From NCBI GenBank assembly GCA_963744105.1, contig CAVUSJ010000010.1, forward strand, positions 23,878-87,877: 64,000 nucleotides of DNA, read 5' to 3'. The notes under the pieces are model-generated. The model searched no databases and was not told where the DNA came from. It saw nothing but the letters and a program-made list of their open reading frames with translations. Origin of the DNA: an uncultured Solirubrobacterales bacterium. Its GTDB lineage: Bacteria; Actinomycetota; Thermoleophilia; Solirubrobacterales; 70-9. How positions within the stretch are numbered: position 1 is the first letter of the stretch; each line of letters opens with the position of its first letter. A program made the position numbers and the translations under genes. Below, in pieces: positions 16,883-25,448 of the stretch.

Positions 16883-18229
16883 ATGGACCGTGGCCGCCTC
16901 CCTTCCCTGATCCAGGCAGAGCGCGAGCGATTCGCGAGCGACCATCCGCGCTCCCAGGCCCTCTTCGAGGAAGCCAGCGGGAACCTGCTCGCGGGCGTCC
17001 CGATGAGCTGGATGACTAAGTGGCCGGGCGGCCACCCGATCTTCGCCGCCGAGGCCTCAGGCGCCCGGATCACAGATGTCGACGGGAACACCTACGTCGA
17101 CCTCTGCCTCGGCGACACGGGCGCGATGGCGGGCCATGCCCCCGAGGCGACCGCCGAGGCCGTCGCCGAGCGCTATCGGAAGGGCGCCACCCTGATGCTG
17201 CCCACCGAGGACACGCTCCGAGCCGCCGGGCTGCTCGAGACCCGCTTCGGCCTGCCGAAGTGGCAGTTCACCCTCTCGGCGACGGATGCGAACCGCTTCG
17301 CCATCCGGCTCGCCCGGGAGATCACGGGCAGGAGCCGGATTCTCGTGTTCAGCTACTGCTACCACGGCACCGTCGACGAGACGTTCATCGTCGTCGGCCC
17401 GGACGGGCCAGTGTCGCGCGACGGCAACGTCGGCCCGCCGGTCGACCCGACCGAGACGACTGCGGTGGTCGAGTTCAACGACACCGAGGCGCTCGAGCGC
17501 ATGCTCCGGGAGGAGGAGATCGCCTGCGTCCTCACCGAGCCGGCGCTGACGAACATCGGCATCGTCCTGCCGCAGCCCGGGTTTCACGACGCGCTGCGCG
17601 AGCTCACCCGCGAGACGGGGACCCTCCTCGCGATCGACGAGACGCACACCTTCAGCGCCGGGCCCGGCGGCTACACGGCGGCATACGGGCTGGAGCCGGA
17701 TCTGCTGACCATCGGGAAGGCGATCGCCGGAGGGGTCCCGGCGGGCGCCTTCGGCATGAGCCAGGAGGTCGCCGACCGGATTCTCGAGCAGGCCGGCGCC
17801 GACTACGAGGACACCGGTGGCGTCGGGGGCACCCTGGCGGGCAACGCGCTCTCGGCGGCCGCGATCTGCGCCACTCTCGACCAGGTGCTGACAGCAGATG
17901 CCTTCGAGCGGATGATCGAGCTGGCCGGACGGTTCACCGAAGGCGTCCAGCAAGTGATCGACGAACGCGAGCTTCCCTGGCACGTCGTCCAGCTCGGCGC
18001 CCGGGCGGAGTACGGCTTCCTCCCGGAGCCGCCGACCAGCGGCGGGCAGGCGGCGGCCGGCTCCGATCCGGAGCTGGAGGAGTACCTCCACCTCTTCCTC
18101 CTCAACCGTGGGGTGCTGATCACGCCGTTCCACAACATGGCGCTGATGTCGCCGGCCACCGAGCCCGAGGACGTCGATCGCCACACCGAGGCGTTCGACG
18201 AGGCCTGCGGGCTGCTCGCCGCGAGTTGA
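16883..18229 (+). CDS. class III (GSA-aminomutase-like) PLP-dependent aminotransferase
   Basis: 'DLCLGDTGAMAGH', 'AIDETHTFSAGPGG', PLP-lysine context 'LLTIGKAIAGGVPAGAFG'. Confidence 0.85.
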   Translation: MDRGRLPSLIQAERERFASDHPRSQALFEEASGNLLAGVPMSWMTKWPGGHPIFAAEASGARITDVDGNTYVDLCLGDTGAMAGHAPEATAEAVAERYRKGATLMLPTEDTLRAAGLLETRFGLPKWQFTLSATDANRFAIRLAREITGRSRILVFSYCYHGTVDETFIVVGPDGPVSRDGNVGPPVDPTETTAVVEFNDTEALERMLREEEIACVLTEPALTNIGIVLPQPGFHDALRELTRETGTLLAIDETHTFSAGPGGYTAAYGLEPDLLTIGKAIAGGVPAGAFGMSQEVADRILEQAGADYEDTGGVGGTLAGNALSAAAICATLDQVLTADAFERMIELAGRFTEGVQQVIDERELPWHVVQLGARAEYGFLPEPPTSGGQAAAGSDPELEEYLHLFLLNRGVLITPFHNMALMSPATEPEDVDRHTEAFDEACGLLAAS

Positions 18230-18247
18230 CGCGGGATACTCCTGGCG

Positions 18248-19648
18248 ATGCATGACTGCGACGTCGTTGTCGTTGGTGCGGGCCTCGCCGGCCTGACGGC
18301 GGCCCGCGAGCTCGCGGGGGCGGGGCTGGATGTCCGGGTGATCGAGGCGCGCGACCGGGTGGGCGGCCGCAATCTGAGCCAGTCGGTCGGCGACCATCCC
18401 GAGGACATCGTCGAGGTCGGCGGCCAGTGGGTGGGGCCGACGCAGCATGAGGTGCTGGCGCTCGCGAACGAGCTCGGCATCGGCACCTATCCGACCCACG
18501 CCACCGGCAAGAACCTCTTCGAGACCGACCGGGGCAAGCTGAAGCGCTACCGGGGCACGATCCCGATGCTCGGCCCGCTGGTGATGGTCGACTACGGCCG
18601 AGCGGACCTGAAGCTGAAGCGGCTGATCAAGCGGGTCTCCGCCGAGGCGCCTTGGGAGGCCGAGGACGCGGACAGGCTCGACGAGCAGAGCTTCGCGACC
18701 TGGATTCGAGGCGCCGCGCGGACCAGGACCGCGCGCGAGGCCCTCGCCACGGCCTGCCGGGCCGTCTTCTCGGTTGAGCCGGCGGACGTCTCCCTGCTGC
18801 ACGTCCTCTTCTACGCCGCGTCCGCCGGCGGCTGGGACGACCTTCTCGACACGGAGGGCGGCGCGCAGCAGGACCGGCTCGCCGGCGGCACCCAGCAGCT
18901 CTCGATCCGGATGGCGGAGGAGCTCGGCGACCGCGTCGAGCTCTCGGCTCCCGTCAGGGCGATCCGCGCCGAGGCCGACGGTGTCGTGACCGGCGAGGTG
19001 CGGGCCCGCCGGGCGATCGTCGCGGTGCCGCCGACCCTCGCCGGCCGGATCGAGTACGACCCGCCCCTTCCCGCGGCGAGAGATCAGCTCACCCAGCGGA
19101 TGCCGATGGGCTCGGTGATCAAGTGCATGGCCGTCTACGAGGAGCCGTTCTGGCGCGACGACGGCCTCAGCGGGCAGGCGGTCAGCCTTCCGGGCCCGGC
19201 GCAGGTGGTCTTCGACAACACGCCGCCGAACGGCAGCCCAGGGCTGATCGGCTTCCTCGAGGGCCGCGAGGCGCGCGAGCTCGGCGCCCTCCCGGAGACC
19301 GAGCGGCGCGACGCGGTGCTCAAGGGCTTCCAGCGCTTGTTCGGCCGACGCGCCGGCCACCCGAGGCTCTACGTGGAAAAGGACTGGAGCACCGAGCCGT
19401 ACTCGCGCGGCTGCTACGCCGGGGTCCTCGGGCCGGGAGCCTGGACCGCGTACGGCCGGGCACTGCGCGAGCCCGTCGGGCGCATCCACTGGGCCGGGAC
19501 CGAGACGGCGACGACATGGATGGGCTACATGGACGGCGCCATCCAGTCGGGCAAGCGGGCGGCGGCCGAAGTGATGCGCTCCGAGGGCTCTGCGCTGTCC
19601 ACGGCGGCCGGTGCTCGCGCCGCGCCGGCATCTCGCGCCGTCCCCTGA
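18248..19648 (+). CDS. FAD-dependent amine oxidase (flavin monoamine/polyamine oxidase family)
   Basis: 'DVVVVGAGLAGLTAARELAGAGLDVRVIEARDRVGGR' dinucleotide fold. C-terminal 'HWAGTETATTWMGYMDGAIQSG'. Confidence 0.85.
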   Translation: MHDCDVVVVGAGLAGLTAARELAGAGLDVRVIEARDRVGGRNLSQSVGDHPEDIVEVGGQWVGPTQHEVLALANELGIGTYPTHATGKNLFETDRGKLKRYRGTIPMLGPLVMVDYGRADLKLKRLIKRVSAEAPWEAEDADRLDEQSFATWIRGAARTRTAREALATACRAVFSVEPADVSLLHVLFYAASAGGWDDLLDTEGGAQQDRLAGGTQQLSIRMAEELGDRVELSAPVRAIRAEADGVVTGEVRARRAIVAVPPTLAGRIEYDPPLPAARDQLTQRMPMGSVIKCMAVYEEPFWRDDGLSGQAVSLPGPAQVVFDNTPPNGSPGLIGFLEGREARELGALPETERRDAVLKGFQRLFGRRAGHPRLYVEKDWSTEPYSRGCYAGVLGPGAWTAYGRALREPVGRIHWAGTETATTWMGYMDGAIQSGKRAAAEVMRSEGSALSTAAGARAAPASRAVP

Positions 19649-20481
19649 TGAACCTGATCGACGTCCGCCACCTCGGCCGCGAGCGGGTGATCGGCTGCTG
19701 GGAGCTCGACGGCGTGCTGATCGACCCCGGCCCGACCAGCTCGATGGAGACCCTGATCGAGGCGCTCGGCGGGGAGGAGCCGCGGGCGCTCCTGCTCACC
19801 CACATCCATCTCGACCATGCGGGGGCATCGGGCAACCTGGTGAGGCGCTGGCCGGAGCTCCCGGTCTACGTGCACGAGCGCGGCGCGCGTCACCTGGCCG
19901 ATCCCTCGAAGCTGCTGGCGAGCGCCGAGCGCCTCTACTGCGATCAGATGGAGCGGCTCTGGGGCGAGGTTGCTCCCGTGCCTGAGCTGAACCTCAATCC
20001 GCTGAGCGGCGGCGAGGAGGTCCTCGGCTTCAAGGTCGCCTACACGCCCGGCCACGCCTCCCACCACGTGAGCTACTTCCATCCGCCGAGCGGCCGCGCC
20101 TTCGTCGGGGACACTGCGGCCGTGCGCATTCCGCCCAGCGACTTCGTCATACCTCCGACGCCGCCGCCGGACATCGATCTCGAGCTCTGGGAGGACTCGA
20201 TCGAACGGATCCTCGACTGGGAGCCCGACAGCCTCGGCCTGACCCACTTCGACGCAATCGACGATCCCGAGGCCCACCTCGACCTGGTCCGCGAGCGCCT
20301 GCGGGAGCAGGGCAGCCTCGCCCGCGAGCTGTCGGCCGAGGAGTTCGAGGAGCGGGTCAGGGAGCAGGTGTCGGGCCATGCGGACGAGGAGACGGCCGAG
20401 GCCCTGCTCCAGGCCGTGCCGCCCGAGCAGCAATGGTGGGGACTCGACCGCTACTGGAGCAAGCGCGGCGCGAGGAGGTAG
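19648..20481 (+). CDS. MBL-fold metallo-hydrolase
   Basis: ATG overlaps the upstream stop (TGATG). 'LLLTHIHLDHAGASG' (HxHxDH), 'YTPGHASHH'. Confidence 0.8.
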   Translation: MNLIDVRHLGRERVIGCWELDGVLIDPGPTSSMETLIEALGGEEPRALLLTHIHLDHAGASGNLVRRWPELPVYVHERGARHLADPSKLLASAERLYCDQMERLWGEVAPVPELNLNPLSGGEEVLGFKVAYTPGHASHHVSYFHPPSGRAFVGDTAAVRIPPSDFVIPPTPPPDIDLELWEDSIERILDWEPDSLGLTHFDAIDDPEAHLDLVRERLREQGSLARELSAEEFEERVREQVSGHADEETAEALLQAVPPEQQWWGLDRYWSKRGARR

Positions 20482-20636
20482 GCCCTACGCCGGCTCGGGG
20501 TCCGGCTCGAGCTCCGGCGGGGGCGAAGCGCGGGGCGTGGATCACGATCGTCCGGTTTCGGCCGTTGCGCTTGGCCCTATATAGGGCGCGAGCGCCCGAG
20601 CCTGAGTATTGGGAAGATCCGGTACAGGAGCAGCCA

Positions 20637-21188
20637 ATGGCCGGCGATCGAACCCTTCTCATCATCGACATCCAGCGCGACTACTTCCCCGGTGGCGCCT
20701 ATCCGCTGGTGGAGCCGGAGGCGGCTGCCGATCATGCGCGCGAGGTGCTGGAAAGCTTCCGTCAGGCCGGCGATCCCGTGATCCACATGAGGCACGTCTG
20801 GGACGCACCAGACGCGGAATTCATGCGGCCGGGGACCGAGGGCATCGAGATCCACTCGGCGGTGGCGCCGGCGGAGGGTGAGCTCGTGCTCGAGAAGGAG
20901 AACCCGAACTCATTCCTGGATACGGGCCTCGAGCAGGAGCTGCGCGAGCGCGGCACCGAGCAGCTCGTGGTCGCCGGGATGATGAGCTCGATGTGCGTCG
21001 ACGCGACCGTCCGGGCGGCTGCCGACCTGGGCTTCTCACCAACGGTGGTTCACGACGCGTGCGCTGCCCCGAACCTCGAGTTCAACGGCGTCGAGGTCCC
21101 CGGGGCGTCTGTCCATGCGGCCTTCATGGCTGCGCTCGCCGACGGCTATGCCGAGCTGGCGAGCGCAGCCGAGGTGCTGAAGGCCTAG
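20637..21188 (+). CDS. isochorismatase-family cysteine hydrolase
   Basis: Start at 'MAGDRTLLIIDIQRDYF' with CAGGAG upstream. 'VVAGMMSSMCVDATVR' carries the catalytic Cys context. Confidence 0.85.
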   Translation: MAGDRTLLIIDIQRDYFPGGAYPLVEPEAAADHAREVLESFRQAGDPVIHMRHVWDAPDAEFMRPGTEGIEIHSAVAPAEGELVLEKENPNSFLDTGLEQELRERGTEQLVVAGMMSSMCVDATVRAAADLGFSPTVVHDACAAPNLEFNGVEVPGASVHAAFMAALADGYAELASAAEVLKA

Positions 21189-21742
21189 TAGCCGTAGCCG
21201 CCGCCGGACGAGCCGCTGCTCGATGAGCTGCTGCTCGTGGTGGTGGCCGAGCTGGACGGCGATCCGGAGGTGGACGCGGCGGTCCAGGTGAAGTTGGTGC
21301 CGCCGAAGCTGTCCATGAAGCCGTTGCCGGTCGCCTGGCCGGGGCTGTCCTGCACGAACGTGTACAGAGGCTTGCCGTCGAAGGTCACCTGCCCGTTCAT
21401 CACGCCGAGCTTCGCCTGAACGGCGGAGTCCGACGAGGTGGGCTGGCCCGAGGCCATCAGCGCCGGCCAGATGCTCTGGCACGCGGCGGTGCAGGCCTGC
21501 TTCGAGGCGGTGTCCTGGTTGTTCGTGTAGAGCACGTCGCCCTTCGAATCGACGAGCACGGTGCCGACCCCGCTCACGGACTTCGTCGAGACGGTGCCGG
21601 AGCCGGCGCTCGTCTGCGCCGGCGCGGTGCTTGCGGCGTTCGATGAGCTGCCGCCGGAATTGCTGCTCCCGCCGCACGCCGCCAGGCCGATGGCGAGCAC
21701 GGGCACGGCGAACAGAGCGAGAAAACCACGTCTGAATTTCAT
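21185..21742 (-). CDS. lipoprotein with secreted-repeat (COG4315-like) domain and Ser/Gly-rich tail
   Basis: 'MKFRRGFLALFAVPVLAIGLAACGG' lipobox. 'VLVDSKGDVLYTNNQD...DGKPLYTFVQD' repeats. Start taken at the second Met. Confidence 0.7.
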   Translation of the reverse strand: MKFRRGFLALFAVPVLAIGLAACGGSSNSGGSSSNAASTAPAQTSAGSGTVSTKSVSGVGTVLVDSKGDVLYTNNQDTASKQACTAACQSIWPALMASGQPTSSDSAVQAKLGVMNGQVTFDGKPLYTFVQDSPGQATGNGFMDSFGGTNFTWTAASTSGSPSSSATTTSSSSSSSGSSGGGYGY

Positions 21743-21837
21743 TCTCGTTGCCTTCTTTCGTTCGTCCCCCATTGCTCCCGGTCTGTATTACGCGGGGGAC
21801 CTACCGAGGGATTTCGAGAGTGGCGCCCGTCACACAA

Positions 21838-21863
21838 GAACGGCCGGCTTTCGCCGGCCGTTC
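21838..21863 (-). terminator. perfect 11-bp stem / 4-nt loop hairpin downstream of nrdJ
   Basis: GAACGGCCGGC-TTTC-GCCGGCCGTTC, 24 nt after the nrdJ stop. On the minus strand it is followed by TTGTGTG (weak U-tract). Confidence 0.55.
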
Positions 21864-21886
21864 GACGTTGTGCGGCCTGGTGGCCG

Positions 21887-24694
21887 CTAGCCGCAGCCGG
21901 TGTTGTTGCCGCAGCTCGGGCAGGTGTAGCAGGAGCCCGTCCGCTGCATCATGCCTCCGCACTGGTCGCAGGCCGGGCCCAGCTCGAGGTCCGCTCCGAT
22001 CTTCGCCGGGATCACCGGCGGGGTGTCGGTGAGCGCGGCGGTGGCGGGCTTCGCCTCGCCGTTCGACTTGGACTCGCCGTTCGAGGAGCCGTTGCCGTTG
22101 CCGCCGTTCGACGGCGCGGCAGTGTCCTCGATCGGGAAGGCCTGCTGGGCCTCCTTCTTGGCGCGGACCTCGTCGGTCATGATCCCGAGCTGCTCGAGGT
22201 AGCCGGTGTCCTCGATGAAGCGGCTGGCGAGCCAGCGCATGATGTAGTCGGGCATCGACTTGGCGAACGGGATCTCGGGATTGGTCGTGATCCCCTCGGG
22301 CTCGAACCGCATGTAGCTGAACTTCCTGACGAAGTCCTCGAGCGGCACGCCGTACTGCAGGCCGATCGAGATCGCGGTCGCGAACGCGTTCATCAGGCCC
22401 TTGATCGTCGAGCCCTCCTTGCCGATGTCGGTGAGGAAGATCTCGCCGACCGACCCGTCCTGGTACTTGCCGGCCGTGATGTAGCCCTCCTGCATCCCGA
22501 TCCGGAACTTGTGGGTGATCGACTCCCGCTCGCGCGGCATCTTCCGCCGCTCCGGCTGGGCCGTCACGGCCTCCGCCGGGTCGGACTTCTTCTCGCCGGC
22601 GTCGGTCTTCAGCGCCTGCGCGGTCTTCGAGCCGTCGCGGTAGATCGCGAGAGCCTTGAGGCCCTTCCTCCAACCGTCGCTGTACGCGTCGGCGATGTCG
22701 GAGATCGTCGCCGACTCGGGCAGGTTGACCGTCTTCGAGATCGCTCCCGAGAGGAACGGCTGGGCCGCGGCCATCATGTCGATGTGGCCGGTGTGCGAGA
22801 TCGAGCGCTCGCCGACCGCCACGTCGAAGATCTCGAGGTGCTCGTCCTTCAGTCCGGGCGCGCCGATGATCGTGTTGTGCTCGTTGATGTGGGCGTCGAT
22901 CTGCTCGATCTCCGGCTCGGAGTAGCCGAGCGTCTCGAGCGCCAGGTTGACCGAGCGGTTGACGATCTTCATCTGGCCGCCGCCGACCAGCTCCTTGAAC
23001 TTGACCAGCGAGAAGTCCGGCTCGATGCCGGTCGTGTCGCAGTCCATCAGGAAGCTGATCGTCCCCGTCGGAGCGAGGACGGTCGCCTGGGCGTTGCGGT
23101 AGCCGTGCTGCTCGCCCAGCGCCACGGCCTCGTCCCATGACTCGCGGGCGGCGTGGAGCAGGGGCTCCTCGACCTGCTCGTCCTCGATCTCGTAGGCCGC
23201 GGACTGGTGTATCCGCATCACCTGATTGTGCGGCTCGCGGTTCACCTCGTAGCCGTCGTACGGCCCCATGCTGCCCGCGATCTCCGCGGACATCTTGTAG
23301 CCGCGGCCCGTCATCAGCGCGGTGATCGAGCCGGCGAGGGCGCGGCCCTCGTCCGAGTCGTAGGCCAGGCCGTTGGCCATCAGCAGCGCGCCGAGGTTGG
23401 CGTAGCCGAGTCCGAGCTGGCGGAACGCGCGCGCGTTCTCCGTGATCTGCTCGGTCGGGTAGCTGGAGAAGCCGACCAGGATCTCCTGCGCGAGGAAGAC
23501 GATGTCCACCGCGTGGGTGAAGTCGTCGACGTTGAAGGTCCCGTCCTCGTTGCGGAACTTCATCAGGTTGAGCGAGGCCAGGTTGCAGGCCGAGTCGTCG
23601 ATCGACATGTACTCGGAGCACGGGTTCGACGCGGTGATCGGGCCCGTGTTCGGGTCCGTGTGCCACTTGTTGATCGTCGTGTCGTACTGGATGCCCGGAT
23701 CCGCGCACTGCCAGGCGGCGTCCGCGATCTGGTTCATCAGCTCCCGCGCCTTGATCGTCTTGATCGGCTTGCCGTCGACGCGGCCGATCAGGTCCCAGTC
23801 CTCGTCGTTCTCGACCGCCTGCATGAACTCGTCGGTGACCCGCACCGAGTTGTTGGCGTTCTGGAACTGGACCGAGGCGAAGGCGTCGGAGTCGAGGCGC
23901 ATGTCGAAGTCGGCCGCCTTCAGCGCGGCGGCCTTCTTCTCCTCGTCGGCCTTGCACCAAATGAACTTCTCGATGTCCGGGTGGTCGACGTCGAGCACGA
24001 CCATCTTGGCCGCGCGCCGGGTGCCGCCGCCGGACTTGATCGCGCCGGCCCAGGAGTCGGCGCCGCGCATGAAGCTGACCGGGCCCGAGGCGATCCCGCC
24101 CTTGGAGAGGTGCTCCATCGAGCCGCGGATCTTCGAGAGGTTGATGCCGGAGCCCGAGCCGCCCTTGAAGATGATCCCCTCCTTCGTGTTCCAGGAGAGA
24201 ATCGAGTCCATGTCGTCCTGGACGGAGAGGATGAAGCAGGCCGACGCCTGCTCCTGGCCGGGGTCCTTCCAGCCGACGTTGAACCAGACCGGGCTGTTGA
24301 AGGCGGCCTTCTGGTTGACCAGGATCGAGGTCAGCTCGGCGTCGAAGGCGTCGGCGTCCTCGTCGGTGGCGAAGTAGCCCTGCTCGCGGCCGACCTCTGT
24401 GATCCGGTCGGCGACCCTGCTCACCATCTGCTTCACGGAAGTCTCTCGCTCGGGGGAGCCCGGCTGGCCGCGGAAGTACTTCTGGGCGACGATGTTCGTC
24501 GCGTTCTGCGACCAGGTCTTCGGGAACTCGACCCCGTGCTGCTCGAAGGCGGGTTTCTCCGGATCGCCGATGATCGCGTCGCGCGTCTCCCAGTCGAGCT
24601 CGTCGTAGGGGTGCGTACCGGCGGAGGTGAACCGGCGTTCGATGACGAGGCCCTTCTCGGTAGTGATCGGCGCCCTGGAAGTGGCCCTCGGCAT
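21887..24694 (-). CDS. nrdJ: adenosylcobalamin-dependent (class II) ribonucleotide reductase
   Basis: 'ERRFTSAGTHPYDELDWETRDAII...VEFPKTWSQNATNIVAQKYFRG', 'NPCSEY', C-terminal 'CDQCGGMMQRTGSCYTCPSCG'. 935 aa. Confidence 0.92.
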   Translation of the reverse strand: MPRATSRAPITTEKGLVIERRFTSAGTHPYDELDWETRDAIIGDPEKPAFEQHGVEFPKTWSQNATNIVAQKYFRGQPGSPERETSVKQMVSRVADRITEVGREQGYFATDEDADAFDAELTSILVNQKAAFNSPVWFNVGWKDPGQEQASACFILSVQDDMDSILSWNTKEGIIFKGGSGSGINLSKIRGSMEHLSKGGIASGPVSFMRGADSWAGAIKSGGGTRRAAKMVVLDVDHPDIEKFIWCKADEEKKAAALKAADFDMRLDSDAFASVQFQNANNSVRVTDEFMQAVENDEDWDLIGRVDGKPIKTIKARELMNQIADAAWQCADPGIQYDTTINKWHTDPNTGPITASNPCSEYMSIDDSACNLASLNLMKFRNEDGTFNVDDFTHAVDIVFLAQEILVGFSSYPTEQITENARAFRQLGLGYANLGALLMANGLAYDSDEGRALAGSITALMTGRGYKMSAEIAGSMGPYDGYEVNREPHNQVMRIHQSAAYEIEDEQVEEPLLHAARESWDEAVALGEQHGYRNAQATVLAPTGTISFLMDCDTTGIEPDFSLVKFKELVGGGQMKIVNRSVNLALETLGYSEPEIEQIDAHINEHNTIIGAPGLKDEHLEIFDVAVGERSISHTGHIDMMAAAQPFLSGAISKTVNLPESATISDIADAYSDGWRKGLKALAIYRDGSKTAQALKTDAGEKKSDPAEAVTAQPERRKMPRERESITHKFRIGMQEGYITAGKYQDGSVGEIFLTDIGKEGSTIKGLMNAFATAISIGLQYGVPLEDFVRKFSYMRFEPEGITTNPEIPFAKSMPDYIMRWLASRFIEDTGYLEQLGIMTDEVRAKKEAQQAFPIEDTAAPSNGGNGNGSSNGESKSNGEAKPATAALTDTPPVIPAKIGADLELGPACDQCGGMMQRTGSCYTCPSCGNNTGCG

Positions 24695-24794
24695 CAGTTT
24701 TCTCCTCTCGCTCGGCTATTGGGGTGAGCACCGCAGCATCCTCCGCCGATCGGACGGAACCGAGTCGCCGCTAATTCGTTATTTGCGGGGATTT

Positions 24795-25208
24795 TCACGA
24801 CATGCTCCGGGCGGCGTCCGGCAGAGTTCCCGCAAACTGCAGATAGGCGCCACGGTCGATCTTCTCCAGGCCGTCGAGGCAGAGCTCGCCGATCCGCTCG
24901 GCGCTCAGCCTCCCGCCGGCGTCCCGCGCCTCGCGCTCGATCCGGTCGGCGATCTGATCGAGCCGCCGAGGGTCGACGTCGCGCTTGTGCGATGCACGGA
25001 TCAGGGCGCCGAGGAGCTTGTCGCGATCGAAGGGCTGGACGTGGCCGTCGCGCTTCACCACCTCGAGCACCTCGGGCACCGCCCGCTCGTAGGTGGTGAA
25101 GCGATGGCCGCAGGACGAGCACTCGCGCCGGCGCCGAAGCGCGGCGCCGCCCTCGGCCTTGCGGGTCTCGAGGATGGAGGTCGGGAACTCGCATCGGGGG
25201 CAGTTCAC
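24795..25208 (-). CDS. nrdR: NrdR transcriptional repressor
   Basis: 'VNCPRCEFP...CSSCGHRFTTYE' zinc ribbon plus an ATP-cone. GTG 25208 gives the canonical N-terminus. The track start at 25241 (TTG) would run into the NrdR box. Confidence 0.9.
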   Translation of the reverse strand: MNCPRCEFPTSILETRKAEGGAALRRRRECSSCGHRFTTYERAVPEVLEVVKRDGHVQPFDRDKLLGALIRASHKRDVDPRRLDQIADRIEREARDAGGRLSAERIGELCLDGLEKIDRGAYLQFAGTLPDAARSMS

Positions 25209-25218
25209 TACGGGGAGT

Positions 25219-25234
25219 CTAACGAATCTAGTGT
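25219..25234. promoter_or_regulatory. possible second NrdR box (only right half CTAGTGT conserved)
   Basis: CTAACGAATCTAGTGT. Its centre is 42 bp (about four helical turns) from the stronger box. Confidence 0.3.
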
Positions 25235-25260
25235 TCGACAACCGCCAATGAATGTAGGAG

Positions 25261-25276
25261 ACACTAGATCTAGTAG
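25261..25276. promoter_or_regulatory. NrdR box (ACACTAGATCTAGTAG)
   Basis: About 12 of 16 positions match the remembered consensus acaCwAtATaTwGtgt. Contains the perfect palindrome ACTAGATCTAGT. Lies upstream of nrdR-nrdJ. Confidence 0.55.
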
Positions 25277-25448
25277 GACGGCTCCCTTTTTTTCAGGTGG
25301 TCGAGATCCTCGGGGCGGTGGTCGCCACGCAGCGGCGTCGGTGCCGCGCACGGATGTACATCCGCCTGCCCCGGTCTACGTTCGCCGGTGGATGGCGACC
25401 CGACAACTTCCCGAGCTGCGCCCGCGCGCTTCGGGGCAGCGCGGGGCC

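Noticed and set aside
17057-19489. 810-aa minus-strand ORF, plus similar long ORFs at 3811..5106-, 9299..10396-, 15008..16309+, 23153..24727+, 31348..32859+, 34686..36008-, 39106..40581-, 49064..50317+, 50106..51974+, 50206..53103-, 59697..61130+ and 60803..62968+.
   Set aside because: They are Arg/Pro/Gly/Asp-rich low-complexity translations. They lie antisense to, or out of frame with, genes that have clear family motifs. These are typical shadow ORFs of stop-poor high-GC DNA.
21801-24731. 976-aa ORF overlapping nrdJ on the same strand in another frame.
   Set aside because: The text is Arg/Gly/Pro-rich noise, whereas the 21887..24694 frame carries all class II RNR motifs.
24695-24794. Possible cobalamin riboswitch or separate regulatory RNA between nrdR and nrdJ.
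   Set aside because: The gap is only about 100 nt, too short for a B12 riboswitch, and I saw no B12-box-like sequence. Cobalamin riboswitches normally precede B12-independent reductases rather than nrdJ.
25261-25293. Palindrome plus T7 run read as an intrinsic terminator on the plus strand.
   Set aside because: There is no co-directional gene upstream to terminate, since nrdJ and nrdR are on the other strand. The palindrome is better explained as an NrdR box.
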